Of a stretch of 64,000 bases of DNA, positions 18,544 through 27,799 are shown in pieces. Below the pieces are notes generated by a model, which searched no databases, was not told where the DNA came from, and saw only the letters and a list, made by a program, of their open reading frames with translations. The DNA lies in the NCBI GenBank assembly GCA_014240385.1, contig JAAZXA010000068.1:29090-93089 (forward strand), written 5' to 3'. Position numbers and translations under genes: made by a program. This DNA comes from Methanobacteriota archaeon (GTDB lineage: Archaea; Thermoplasmatota; Poseidoniia; Poseidoniales; Poseidoniaceae). Position 1 is the stretch's first letter; the number at the start of each line of letters is the position of its first letter.

Positions 18544-19476
18544 TTATTCTGTTCCACATTGGTTCGGGCATACCCCGCAAGTTGTTACGCATCCGATAGC
18601 CCATGAGTCCTTCTCTCGATAGGGATCCCCATGGAAATACAATGCTCCTGCGGTTTCTTTCCGACTTTTCTTGCTCCAATCCGCATAACTGTGGGCCTTA
18701 TCGTAGGCAGTTTTGTCTACATACGGCCATCTTGGGTCATTAGGTTCCATCTTCCATGGTGTTTCAATAATTCTCCAATTGTTCTTCTTTGCGGTGTCTG
18801 CAAAATATTCCTGTGCTTCCCAGAGTAGCCTTCCTTCTTCTTGATTTGCATCGAATAAGAAGGTACACAATCTAATGAAAGTGTTTTCGTGTTTTGTCAT
18901 TCGATTGAACTTCTGCAGTGTCTGGATAATTCGCCTTGATCTCGATGAGACTTCGGGGTGTTCATCATATCCAGGAATGACCGACCAGTGTATTTTTACA
19001 CCTGCGATAGCCATTCGTGTCAATGTTTCTTCCGAGGGTATTTTCCAAAATTTTGTGATTACAACGGGAGTTAACCCAGTCTCGGCAATTATTTCTGCCG
19101 TTGCTGCGGTCAAGTCCCAATCAAATGATGGATCACCCATTACCCCGATTCTAACCCATCGGATTTTCGGTTCGTTCCAAATTAACTGCATACAATCCCA
19201 TCGAAGTAAGGCGGGATTCAGGATTTGCGATACTGGTATGTCGAAATCAATTCTCCCGAACATTACTCCTTGAGAATTCTTTGCGTAACAACCAGAACAT
19301 CTTCCTGCGCATCCCTTAACCGTATCACAGATGTTGGCATCTGTCTTTGTGTTGCCCCCAAGTCTGATTTCCTTTGCTTCATAGGGCCGTAGTGGCGCTC
19401 CTGTTGAAGTGTGGGTTTTTCTTGGACTGAGGGCAATTTTCGGTCCAAATCTTCGTTTGGTTTTCTGTATAGCCAT
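18544..19476 (-). CDS. CxxxCxxC (radical-SAM-like) enzyme (310 aa)
   Basis: PM-ATG; VKGCAGRCSGCYAKN carries C-x3-C-x2-C; family assignment not verifiable here. Confidence 0.45.
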   Translation of the reverse strand: MAIQKTKRRFGPKIALSPRKTHTSTGAPLRPYEAKEIRLGGNTKTDANICDTVKGCAGRCSGCYAKNSQGVMFGRIDFDIPVSQILNPALLRWDCMQLIWNEPKIRWVRIGVMGDPSFDWDLTAATAEIIAETGLTPVVITKFWKIPSEETLTRMAIAGVKIHWSVIPGYDEHPEVSSRSRRIIQTLQKFNRMTKHENTFIRLCTFLFDANQEEGRLLWEAQEYFADTAKKNNWRIIETPWKMEPNDPRWPYVDKTAYDKAHSYADWSKKSRKETAGALYFHGDPYREKDSWAIGCVTTCGVCPNQCGTE

Positions 19477-19491
19477 GAGCGGTTTGTTGGT

Positions 19492-19716
19492 TCAGCAATG
19501 GACATAGCCCTTGCGAACCTTTTCCTCTACTTTCTTCTCGATGAAGCTGAGAGCTTCTTCTGCAGTTCCGAAGTTTCGGGGTTTGGCCTTTTGGCCTTTG
19601 CTGCCGATTCTCCCCCATGATACCCACACAATATCTTCGAGTGTGGTTTCATTGTCTGCTTGCCAGAACTTGTGGGAGTTCTCTTCTTCATCATGGTATT
19701 CCATGTATACTCGCAT
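19492..19716 (-). CDS. WGR-domain protein (74 aa)
   Basis: PM-ATG; HKFWQADNE...VWVSWGRIGSKGQKAKPRNFGTAEEALSFIEKKVEEKVRKGY matches the WGR pattern (FW...WGRIG..GQ...A...F....K..KGY). Confidence 0.6.
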   Translation of the reverse strand: MRVYMEYHDEEENSHKFWQADNETTLEDIVWVSWGRIGSKGQKAKPRNFGTAEEALSFIEKKVEEKVRKGYVHC

Positions 19717-19768
19717 GAGCGGTGTCGATTCTCATTATTACTGAGTTGCAATAGTGCCATGAGCGGGC

Positions 19769-20035
19769 TTAATCATCGTAGCCTCTATCTGAATTGTAAA
19801 TGCTAGCGAACTCGCTGAATATTCTTTCGGTATCTCCTAGATCTCCAAAGTGCATCAGCAAGTTCCATGCATTCCATACTTCACCTGAAGGAGAATTGTT
19901 GATTGCTCCCCCAATTTGTTTTACTTCGATTTCGCCATTCTCGGCTGCTTTGATGCCAGCCGCTAGAAAGTCCTCGACCAAATCAACGGCTTTCTCTAGC
20001 GAATCCTCTTCCAATTTTCCAATGTTCAATGACAT
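19769..20035 (-). CDS. hypothetical protein (88 aa)
   Basis: track ORF; PM-ATG at 20035. Confidence 0.7.
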   Translation of the reverse strand: MSLNIGKLEEDSLEKAVDLVEDFLAAGIKAAENGEIEVKQIGGAINNSPSGEVWNAWNLLMHFGDLGDTERIFSEFASIYNSDRGYDD

Positions 20036-20045
20036 GAGCGGTGAT

Positions 20046-20486
20046 TCATTTGCGAATCAGCCAGTTGAAGAATAACTTCTCGTCGTCTGCCAAGTGATAT
20101 TGGCATACGGTGAGGAATCTGTCGTGTCCTTCAAACCATCTTCGATATTGTTCTTGAATCCAAGTGTCAGAAGCGCAAGCGATAATTTCGCTTCGGTTCT
20201 GCTTTGCGTATTTCCAAAGATTCTTGGGTTTCATGTCCACGAAGTTATCGTCTGTTATCATAATCACGATTTCAGCGAATGGAAAGAGTGTTAGGGATTT
20301 AATGCTTACCATTTCCTCGAGTGTTCGTTCATCAAATCGGCAGGCTGGGTGAGTTGCATAGAACTCAGCAAAACCAGCCGAACCATTATTCATGTGCCAT
20401 TTCTCAATGAGCATTTCTAACGACTTGTAGATTACTCTGTCGAGCAGTTTTCCTGCTTCTTGTATTTGTTCAACGAATGTTGTCAT
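20046..20486 (-). CDS. hypothetical protein (146 aa)
   Basis: track ORF 20046..20516 trimmed to PM-ATG at 20486. Confidence 0.75.
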   Translation of the reverse strand: MTTFVEQIQEAGKLLDRVIYKSLEMLIEKWHMNNGSAGFAEFYATHPACRFDERTLEEMVSIKSLTLFPFAEIVIMITDDNFVDMKPKNLWKYAKQNRSEIIACASDTWIQEQYRRWFEGHDRFLTVCQYHLADDEKLFFNWLIRK

Positions 20487-20512
20487 GAGCGGTTGTTTTT
20501 GCCGAGGGTATT

Positions 20513-21271
20513 TCAAGCCTTCTTCTCAACCCAGTTAGCGAGTTCACGCATCATTTCGTTCCTAACGCTGTTCAGGGCGGCATTTACCACCCTGATTCCG
20601 GTTTTCAAACTCTTCCGGTGCGCCTCGCTGTTAAATGTGTTATCTGCAGCCTGTAGTTGAGTTTCAAGAACTCTTGATATTTGGGACTCCAAAGCCCCAT
20701 TGAGTGTTGAGTACCCTTGGGCTTCGTAAGTTGAGCCAAAGGGGTTTACTTCTTCTCGGTTTTCCCTAACACGAAATGTGGCTTCCTTACGATTTCTACT
20801 GATTTCTTGTTTGATCCAGTCTATATCGTTGTACCAAACATCTCGGTTTTGCCTGCCATTAATGAACAGGCGAGGGTACCAACGGTGGCCGTATTGTGAT
20901 ATTATTTCAACTTCACAATATTCTCGGTGGTTTTCGTTGTTTTTATCATAGCCCCACCTTTTCCATTCTTTTCGGAAATTGGGTAGGTGTCTGCTGACAC
21001 CCCCTCCAAAACCTGAGTCTTTGGTTGAATAGGATAGGCTGCTCAAATATCGTTCTTGATCCGTTCTAGCCACGCTAATTCTGGCGTAGTTAGAGCGGCC
21101 AAATGATTTTGGGTATTTGATTTCGTAAACATCCGGGTTCAGGTAAACACCATGCTTGTTGTAGGTATGGTATTTCGTATTCGTACAACCTTCCTCTTTC
21201 AAATTCTTTTCGAAAGGGCAGGTGTATGGGATTACTCCCTCAACCGGTAATTTCCATTGCATTTCTGCCAT
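20513..21271 (-). CDS. hypothetical protein (252 aa)
   Basis: track ORF; PM-ATG at 21271. Confidence 0.75.
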   Translation of the reverse strand: MAEMQWKLPVEGVIPYTCPFEKNLKEEGCTNTKYHTYNKHGVYLNPDVYEIKYPKSFGRSNYARISVARTDQERYLSSLSYSTKDSGFGGGVSRHLPNFRKEWKRWGYDKNNENHREYCEVEIISQYGHRWYPRLFINGRQNRDVWYNDIDWIKQEISRNRKEATFRVRENREEVNPFGSTYEAQGYSTLNGALESQISRVLETQLQAADNTFNSEAHRKSLKTGIRVVNAALNSVRNEMMRELANWVEKKA

Positions 21272-21280
21272 GAGCGGTGT

Positions 21281-21832
21281 TTATTCCTCTTTTGAGAGGA
21301 TTGTTGTTGTTGAGTTCACCCAGTCTTGCCAGTTGTCGTCAAAAACGACTGTTCTCTCGACTGCGTTAACACAAACATATCCGTGAACGCTTGATTCTGT
21401 AGCGAATCCTCCGTATTCAGCGTAGATTTGTTGTGCAAACAAGTTTCTAACCTCCGTGGGTTCTTCCATTTCTTCTGGTGGAATTTTTCTGTAAGAGCCA
21501 TTCTCACCGTTGAAATCGTATGTGCGAACTGCTCCGTTGTCTTCATCATAGTCATCAGTTCCAATTAGAATCACCAAGTCTTGCTTGAGTGTTGGCATTC
21601 CATCTTTCTGTTCCCATTTCTTAGTCTCGGGGTTTAGATATGTTCCTTCTCCAACGACCAAGCCCTCTTTGAAGGTCTTGTGACCTTTGCCGATTATAGC
21701 TTGGATGTCGTCACAATATCCTTCATCGTGACCTCCGTTGAAATTAACGGTTATCTGTTCGTAGCCTAATTCTGTCATTCTGTCCATTAGGGCATTCCAA
21801 TCTTCTTCTGGTATCACACTTTTTGTGTTCAT
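21281..21832 (-). CDS. hypothetical protein (183 aa)
   Basis: track ORF 21281..21856 trimmed to PM-ATG at 21832. Confidence 0.75.
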   Translation of the reverse strand: MNTKSVIPEEDWNALMDRMTELGYEQITVNFNGGHDEGYCDDIQAIIGKGHKTFKEGLVVGEGTYLNPETKKWEQKDGMPTLKQDLVILIGTDDYDEDNGAVRTYDFNGENGSYRKIPPEEMEEPTEVRNLFAQQIYAEYGGFATESSVHGYVCVNAVERTVVFDDNWQDWVNSTTTILSKEE

Positions 21833-21842
21833 GAGCGGTGTC

Positions 21843-22385
21843 TCATCCAAAGACAACTTTTCCCATTGTTATGCATTGAAGCATTACATCGGAAGTAATT
21901 GCATCGCCAGATTCGCTGACGAAATCTTCGAAGTGCCTTTGGTAACTTTCAGACATTGTTTGAAGTCCAGATTCAATGGTCTGTTGATTGACAACTCCGA
22001 GAACCTCTGCGTATATCCAGTCATCCTTCTCTTCACTCCATTCTCTCGATTCTAAGTCGTAAATGGTGATCTCGCCTCCCAAGAATGGGATTTGGTGATG
22101 GTAGATGTATCGCTTATTTTCTCTAAGCCAGTCGAAATCTTCTTCACACTTCTTTCCGTAAGGTAAGAAATTAGTTTCTTGGTGGTGTGAATTTTTATGC
22201 TCAACTAATCGTCTTGCGTTCTCCTCTTTGATTAGAGGGTCTCCATGATTGATTCGTGCGCATCCTGCGTGGTTTGTTACGCTTGATCTAGCCCAGTAAC
22301 CTGAGCCTCCTTCAAACGCACCACTAAGGCACGACCATGTATCTCTGTCTTCAACTTCTTTTTCGATAGTAACATTGTACTTCAT
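21843..22385 (-). CDS. hypothetical protein (180 aa)
   Basis: track ORF; PM-ATG at 22385. Confidence 0.75.
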   Translation of the reverse strand: MKYNVTIEKEVEDRDTWSCLSGAFEGGSGYWARSSVTNHAGCARINHGDPLIKEENARRLVEHKNSHHQETNFLPYGKKCEEDFDWLRENKRYIYHHQIPFLGGEITIYDLESREWSEEKDDWIYAEVLGVVNQQTIESGLQTMSESYQRHFEDFVSESGDAITSDVMLQCITMGKVVFG

Positions 22386-22400
22386 GAGCGGTATATGGTT

Positions 22401-22904
22401 TCATTCTGTGTTTGGTTCCCAATCGTCGAAGGTAACCTTTGTCGGTTGGCTTTCGCTCCATGATTCACCATGAACCTCAATCTTGATATCTTCAATCTTG
22501 ATATGTTCTAGGTTTGATTGGACGCACCAAACACCGTGGACTCCCATGTTCTCCGTGATACTGACTCTCCACAATTTATTGTGTAGTTTCACAATGTATT
22601 CGTAGGATTCGTGTATTGAATCTTCAACTGGGGGGAATCTGTCTGTGCTTGTGAAGCTTAGACTGCTTTCGCAGTTCCATGCGTTGTGTAGCACAAGGAA
22701 CTCTTCTTCACCGATATTATCGGATGATGAGAAGGTCCAAGGTATGAGTTCATCATATTCTTCTCCTGCCCACTCCCATTCTGGGTCATTTTTTTCATAT
22801 GGGTTGGGGCATCCCTCATACCATATCTTTCCTTCATGTCGGTAGTGGGTTCTTCCCGGGTAGTATTCGTTCAGAAGTTCTTCTTCTGCTGGTGTATATT
22901 CCAT
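22401..22904 (-). CDS. hypothetical acidic protein (167 aa)
   Basis: track ORF; PM-ATG at 22904. Confidence 0.75.
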   Translation of the reverse strand: MEYTPAEEELLNEYYPGRTHYRHEGKIWYEGCPNPYEKNDPEWEWAGEEYDELIPWTFSSSDNIGEEEFLVLHNAWNCESSLSFTSTDRFPPVEDSIHESYEYIVKLHNKLWRVSITENMGVHGVWCVQSNLEHIKIEDIKIEVHGESWSESQPTKVTFDDWEPNTE

Positions 22905-22948
22905 GAGCGGTGTTATTTGGATCAGTTATTCTAGATCTTCGGTGGTTC
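22902..22948 (-). repeat. 47-nt gene-junction repeat, copy 1
   Basis: CATGAGCGGTGTTATTTGGATCAGTTATTCTAGATCTTCGGTGGTTC; near-identical to 27797-27843. Confidence 0.85.
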
Positions 22949-23137
22949 CAGCCCGTACACTACATGAGTAATCCTGATTTGGATTTCTCCTTCACAGTTG
23001 TTGCAGAAGTAGTAGTAGGTGTCGTGTTCGACGCTCTCCGTGTCTAGATCGCCGTCATCTTTGCACCAGGGGCATTCTCCGAATCCTTGCGGATCCAGTT
23101 CTTCTCCCACTTTGATGCTAATCTCTTTTGATGTCAT
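22931..23137 (-). CDS. zinc-ribbon protein (68 aa)
   Basis: track ORF; PM-ATG at 23137; CPWC...CNNC. Confidence 0.7.
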   Translation of the reverse strand: MTSKEISIKVGEELDPQGFGECPWCKDDGDLDTESVEHDTYYYFCNNCEGEIQIRITHVVYGLEPPKI

Positions 23138-23160
23138 GAGCGGTGTTTTGAGTCTAAACT

Positions 23161-23349
23161 CTAAACAATGTAGGTGCCTAGGGCTACTGCTGCAGTAAGT
23201 ACAACGAAATTTATCGCTACCATGAGGGCGAGAAACGATCCACTTCGGGCTGTCTTCTTTTCCTCAATGTACTCATTCAATGCTGTTGTGTTTCCCTTCA
23301 CGATTAGGTTGAAGGTTTCTGTTGGCATACAAACTGTTTTGTCAGTCAT
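23161..23349 (-). CDS. small membrane protein (62 aa, C-terminal TM)
   Basis: track ORF 23161..23370 trimmed to PM-ATG at 23349; FLALMVAINFVVLTAAVALGTYIV. Confidence 0.65.
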   Translation of the reverse strand: MTDKTVCMPTETFNLIVKGNTTALNEYIEEKKTARSGSFLALMVAINFVVLTAAVALGTYIV

Positions 23350-23366
23350 GAGCGGTAGTCGTCCCG

Positions 23367-24494
23367 TCACTTGAGTTCGGTTACAGCGTGAAGGCTGACC
23401 GTGTTCAAATTTGTAGTTTCATGGTACAATATTAGTTGCTTCGATTTGAAGCCTAACCATAATTGTCCCTTTCTGTCTGTAGGGGCGATTAAATCATTCA
23501 GCGTGTCTGTACACACGGACAACGATGAAACCTTCTTTCTGATGGCAACTTCGTCGGTGTCGAATTTCAATCTGAATACTTCGCCATCCTTCTTGCTGCC
23601 ATTGTAGGCTACCATTGTAAGTTCTCCGTTTTGTGTTCCCTCGAAGTAAACCCTCGAGGTCAAGGACGCTGCTGTTTTCACATGTCCAGCAAATTCTTTC
23701 AAATCAAGGATTTCAACATTGTAATCCTCTTCGTCAAATGTTGGAATTTCAACCCTATAGCCCTTATTGGCGTAGGTTGTCGAGTAAGGTTCATATTTGA
23801 CCTTCTCTGATTCCATCGAAAAAGTGTATTCGATTCTGTCGCCGGTTTCCTCTTTGAGGTGGAATGTCAATTCCTTTGAGTTCCTGGCAGCTTCAGCAAT
23901 TTTCTTGTTGCTTGATTCTGCGCCGGTACTTAACCGGAATGGCATGTTTTCAATAACAACGGGTGTGCTATCCTCTGCCGCACATGTTAATCTCCACTCA
24001 AGTGCTGATGTGGATCTGTAGTGCGATGTCTTGGATTGCTTCCCAATGCCATTGAAGTCCATTATTGAATCTGCGGCGTATTCTCCTGCGGATAATTTCT
24101 TATCAATGATTGTGAATCGTTTAACCGATTCGGAATCGAGTGTTATTGCGAATGATTTGGTTGAATTAGGGGTCATCCCGGCACTATCCCTACGGGCGGC
24201 GGCGGGGTGTTTTGGTCTATATTCAACCGGTTCTTCGTCATCCTCTTCATCCTCTTCATCATCTTCTTCATAGATGTCTGAGTCATTGATTTGTTCCCAT
24301 TCTTCATCCGTGATTAATATTGAGTCATCTTCTTCATGTTCATCATCTTCTTCGGATAAGGAGTCATTAACTCCTGTGAATGATTCTGGATCTGTGTCCT
24401 GTTCTGTCTCTGATTCACTTGCGCCCAGTTTCTCTTCCGATACTCCTAGTGATTCGGCAAGTAATCTTCGGGTTGTTTCCCAATCTAGAGTCAT
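23367..24494 (-). CDS. hypothetical protein with poly-acidic N-terminal region (375 aa)
   Basis: track ORF 23367..24587 trimmed to PM-ATG at 24494; EEDDEEDEEDDEE run. Confidence 0.75.
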   Translation of the reverse strand: MTLDWETTRRLLAESLGVSEEKLGASESETEQDTDPESFTGVNDSLSEEDDEHEEDDSILITDEEWEQINDSDIYEEDDEEDEEDDEEPVEYRPKHPAAARRDSAGMTPNSTKSFAITLDSESVKRFTIIDKKLSAGEYAADSIMDFNGIGKQSKTSHYRSTSALEWRLTCAAEDSTPVVIENMPFRLSTGAESSNKKIAEAARNSKELTFHLKEETGDRIEYTFSMESEKVKYEPYSTTYANKGYRVEIPTFDEEDYNVEILDLKEFAGHVKTAASLTSRVYFEGTQNGELTMVAYNGSKKDGEVFRLKFDTDEVAIRKKVSSLSVCTDTLNDLIAPTDRKGQLWLGFKSKQLILYHETTNLNTVSLHAVTELK

Positions 24495-24705
24495 GAGCGG
24501 TACAGTATCTTTCCCCCGGTTGCGCAGGACATATTTCCAATTCAACCGTGTCGGTATCAAATCTGTGTTCTCTGCCACAATGTCCACATTCCAAACGCCA
24601 GTCTACATCGTAGATTTCAGCTCCCAGTATTCTTGGGTGTTTGATTTTGGATAATGGCACCCATATTGTAGGAAGTCTTGCTTGCAGGATATCTAATTTG
24701 TCCAT
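24415..24705 (-). CDS. zinc-ribbon protein (96 aa) reading through the next PM
   Basis: track ORF; PM-ATG at 24705; CGHCGREH; overlaps the next gene by 80 nt. Confidence 0.6.
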   Translation of the reverse strand: MDKLDILQARLPTIWVPLSKIKHPRILGAEIYDVDWRLECGHCGREHRFDTDTVELEICPAQPGERYCTAHDSRLGNNPKITCRITRSIGRETGRK

Positions 24706-24717
24706 GAGCGGTGCGTG

Positions 24718-25596
24718 TTAAACGCGTCTTTTGATAGCCTCATTAACTGACTTCAACCTTTCAAGGAAAGTGTCGAGGTTTTCGATTGTGTCGTCAAATT
24801 CGTTCACAATCTCGATAATTTTCCTCTCCATCTTTTTCTCCTTTACGAAGATGCTTACCATTTCAGGGGGGTCTTCACTTTGCTGGACTTGTGCTGGCAC
24901 AGGTCCTGTGGATTTCTTTCCCTTTTCTTTGCGGTGTTCAGTAAACGGTTCTATTCCGTCTTCATCTACCCAAATGGTTTCCTTCTCGGTATGCAGGATA
25001 TCCGTTTCAATGAGTCCTTCGTACATCGGCTTTTCATCGTCGTATTCTTCGATTAACTCATTTTGTAGTTCGGATTCTAATACATCCACGAAGTTTGAAT
25101 CTAATTCACGAACTTCTGTGGTTTCTTCGGTTTCCTCTGCATCTGGAACGGGTTCGGAGCAATCGAAATTACTTGAGATGTAGTCTAGCATTGCTTGTTT
25201 GGGGTCTTTCCCCTCAGCAATTGCTTTTCCTGCTACATCGAAAATATTCTCTGAATTCTCTAGTACCTGTTCGTTGTCCTTGACCCATTCCAATGCCAAT
25301 ACTTCTTGCATTAATTCTACAATGTCGGCTGGAGGGTCTTCGGGCTCTTCGGTAGTAGGTTCCTCTTCGGTTTCAGTCTCAACCTTGACTTTTGGTTCTG
25401 AAAACTTGGCTGTAAGGTAGGACGCCATTTCAAATCTCCTCTTCTGGGATGAATCGATGTCGTTAAACTGTCCTCCATCGATTGCATTGTTGAGGTAATC
25501 TTCGGCGGCTACCATGTGCCGGTCTCTCCACCCTTCGTCTGTTAGGTCGGTTAATTTGTTTATCACATAGTTCATATCATCTATGATCTCTTGCAT
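24718..25596 (-). CDS. hypothetical highly acidic protein (292 aa)
   Basis: track ORF; PM-ATG at 25596. Confidence 0.75.
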   Translation of the reverse strand: MQEIIDDMNYVINKLTDLTDEGWRDRHMVAAEDYLNNAIDGGQFNDIDSSQKRRFEMASYLTAKFSEPKVKVETETEEEPTTEEPEDPPADIVELMQEVLALEWVKDNEQVLENSENIFDVAGKAIAEGKDPKQAMLDYISSNFDCSEPVPDAEETEETTEVRELDSNFVDVLESELQNELIEEYDDEKPMYEGLIETDILHTEKETIWVDEDGIEPFTEHRKEKGKKSTGPVPAQVQQSEDPPEMVSIFVKEKKMERKIIEIVNEFDDTIENLDTFLERLKSVNEAIKRRV

Positions 25597-25606
25597 GAGC
25601 GGTTCA

Positions 25607-25813
25607 TTATTCCATTATCCTCACGAAACTTCCGAATGGTTTGCGGCATTTAGCGTGAATCCAAAGGTTCTTGGTGATGCTCAATTGGCTTCCGGGCTTA
25701 TTCTTCATTGAAATTGCCCTTTCTCCTTTTGTCATCAATTCTCCACACCATACGCAAATTTGTTGTTCTGTTTGTGAGGTTCTCCATACAATTCTGTCGT
25801 GTATTTGGGTCAT
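25607..25813 (-). CDS. zinc-finger protein (68 aa)
   Basis: track ORF 25607..25879 trimmed to PM-ATG at 25813; CVWCGE...HAKC. Confidence 0.65.
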   Translation of the reverse strand: MTQIHDRIVWRTSQTEQQICVWCGELMTKGERAISMKNKPGSQLSITKNLWIHAKCRKPFGSFVRIME

Positions 25814-25823
25814 GAGCGGTTGT

Positions 25824-26096
25824 CTATGGCAATGGTGCAACCATTTGAGCCATAGGTGGGCTTGGCGGAACAATCTCAATTAATCCTTCAATGCCTGTTG
25901 CAAGGGCTAAGAGGACCTTTCGGTGGATGGTTAAGCGGTGGATTAATTCGTCCAATACATCTGCGCCTTCCAACTCTGCTATGTTTTCCGCCAGACCATT
26001 AGTTGGATTCCACCTGTCTTGGTGCTTTTCCATTAGGTCTGCTTCGTATTTCACTAGGTCAATTCCTAGTAATTCGTGTTGATATTCTTCTAACAT
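25824..26096 (-). CDS. hypothetical protein (90 aa)
   Basis: track ORF; PM-ATG at 26096. Confidence 0.7.
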   Translation of the reverse strand: MLEEYQHELLGIDLVKYEADLMEKHQDRWNPTNGLAENIAELEGADVLDELIHRLTIHRKVLLALATGIEGLIEIVPPSPPMAQMVAPLP

Positions 26097-26340
26097 GAGC
26101 GGTTCTTTTCATTCCAGCGGGGGATGTTTCGTCACCTTGAACTTGAGCCGACCCCCATCACTTGATTCTTGCCTACAAGCAGTGGGGAGGTATCTTTCAG
26201 TGGTGGGCGAGTATCGAGCCCCTTGTTTCAAAGAACCCGGTTATATCATTGGTTGTCTCCTTTCGAGTTTCTTCGGTGTCGTCCAAGGATTGGACACCTA
26301 CTTTCTCTACTTTGGACTGCAATAAGTCCCCGTGAGCGGT
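26097..26340 (-). ncRNA. non-coding island C
   Basis: opens with TGA-ATACCGCTCACGG (26332-26340), conserved hairpin at 26275-26298, closes with PM-ATG at 26096. Confidence 0.4.
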
Positions 26341-26342
26341 AT

Positions 26343-26711
26343 TCACAAATCTCTGTCCAGCAGTAAGGACCTTAATTCACTCCAACAGTCTTGGATTGCT
26401 CCAGGGTCGGTATGTCCTTCAATTGGCCTTACTTCTGCTAAGATTGTGCTGATTAGGTCTCTTACTCGTTCATAATCTACAGTTTTGATTTCATTGTATG
26501 CATCGGCAATCTCATTTTGAATCGACTCATCGATAAACGATGATGTTGCGTCCATAGCGAGCGTTTGCAATATTATCTCTGCTGCTGATTCGGGTAAAAT
26601 CCAAATCGTTTTGGCGTGTCTTTTGCCGAGGTCGATGTAATCGACTCCTTCCTCTAGTTCATCTAGTCTTTTGGCAAATTCTTTTCCATCTACAAGATCT
26701 TCTCTTGGCAT
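26343..26711 (-). CDS. hypothetical protein (122 aa)
   Basis: track ORF 26343..26750 trimmed to PM-ATG at 26711 (CATGAGCGGA). Confidence 0.7.
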   Translation of the reverse strand: MPREDLVDGKEFAKRLDELEEGVDYIDLGKRHAKTIWILPESAAEIILQTLAMDATSSFIDESIQNEIADAYNEIKTVDYERVRDLISTILAEVRPIEGHTDPGAIQDCWSELRSLLLDRDL

Positions 26712-26753
26712 GAGCGGATTACACAAGTTAGGTGTTTCAAACTGGGGCATCGT

Positions 26754-27338
26754 TCATCCTCCACGGATGCACTCCAGTTCGCACCTTTCCCATGCTTTCT
26801 CTGAGATTCCGAGTTCCATAGCCTTCTTTCGGCTCTTTTCCTCATCCATCTCCCATTCATCTTCGTTGTGCCATACGATGTAATCTGACATGTTTCCGTC
26901 TTCTACTTCTTCTCCGTTTACCCACCAACCCCAGAAATCCATGCCGGCTTCCATAAAGGAAGCATCGACTTCGAATCCGTTGTTGTATAGGTGTTCATAG
27001 ATTGGGAAGGTAGGACTCCATGCTGAATCAAATCTGATTTCCAGTATGTTTTCGTCTGGGTCTAAATGGCAATGAGTCCGTCCGTAGTTGTTTTCGTCAA
27101 CTTCTGCGGGTATGGCCCATTTGGTTCCCCAATTGTTCACATTCCAATTTCTCCACCAAGTCGGGTCGCTATGAAGCTCCTGCTGTGATGTTTCATATTC
27201 ATCACGGTAAGCAGGTGTGTCCGGCGGTGGGATTAGGAATTGGAACAATCCAGTTTCCTTTGTTGCTTTTTCTATTTCAATTAATTTCTGTCTATCATCG
27301 TGTTTGATGATGACATGGTTGTTTGTCCAATTAGGCAT
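26754..27338 (-). CDS. DUF1281/Api92-like protein (194 aa)
   Basis: PM-ATG; MPNWTNNHVII...NWGTKWA pattern recalled from the MPNW...WGTKW plasmid/phage family (from memory). Confidence 0.55.
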   Translation of the reverse strand: MPNWTNNHVIIKHDDRQKLIEIEKATKETGLFQFLIPPPDTPAYRDEYETSQQELHSDPTWWRNWNVNNWGTKWAIPAEVDENNYGRTHCHLDPDENILEIRFDSAWSPTFPIYEHLYNNGFEVDASFMEAGMDFWGWWVNGEEVEDGNMSDYIVWHNEDEWEMDEEKSRKKAMELGISEKAWERCELECIRGG

Positions 27339-27346
27339 GAGCGGTT

Positions 27347-27799
27347 CTAAATGATGAGTTCTGCAATTTTGATAATTTCATGTTGTAAATCAACTTGATT
27401 GTTGATTTCCAAGACTTCTTCCTCGTGAATTATTCGGTCAGTCTTTGCTTTGAGGGCTTGAAGGGATTGGTCTGCTAAAACCAAACCAATCTTCAAAGCC
27501 TCAACTTCTGGGAATCCATATTCCTTCAAGTAGCCTGTAATCCAAACGACACTTCGGTTGAGGTCGTGATTTAGAGAATTGCAATAAACCATATCTGAGT
27601 ATTGTTCTAGGGATAGGTTCAAAGCTTCTCTTTTTGACAGACAGACATCTTTCATGATGAGTTCACCATCAATTATGTCATCTTCCTCTGTGTGCATGAT
27701 TTTCTCATTCCAGTAATCTTGGTAGTTTTCTTCGCCTTTTTCGTGTAAGCCGATCCAAGCGCCATACCATTCATCGATTTCTCCGGTTTCGTTTTCCAT
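27347..27799 (-). CDS. hypothetical protein (150 aa)
   Basis: track ORF; PM-ATG at 27799. Confidence 0.75.
   Translation of the reverse strand: MENETGEIDEWYGAWIGLHEKGEENYQDYWNEKIMHTEEDDIIDGELIMKDVCLSKREALNLSLEQYSDMVYCNSLNHDLNRSVVWITGYLKEYGFPEVEALKIGLVLADQSLQALKAKTDRIIHEEEVLEINNQVDLQHEIIKIAELII

Noticed and set aside
19527-19760. A 77-aa ORF starting at the extra motif copy at 19758 (CATGAGCGGG)
   Set aside because: It lies only 44 nt upstream of the next motif and overlaps the well-supported WGR gene out of frame over its whole length. It is more likely a tandem or degenerate motif than a gene.
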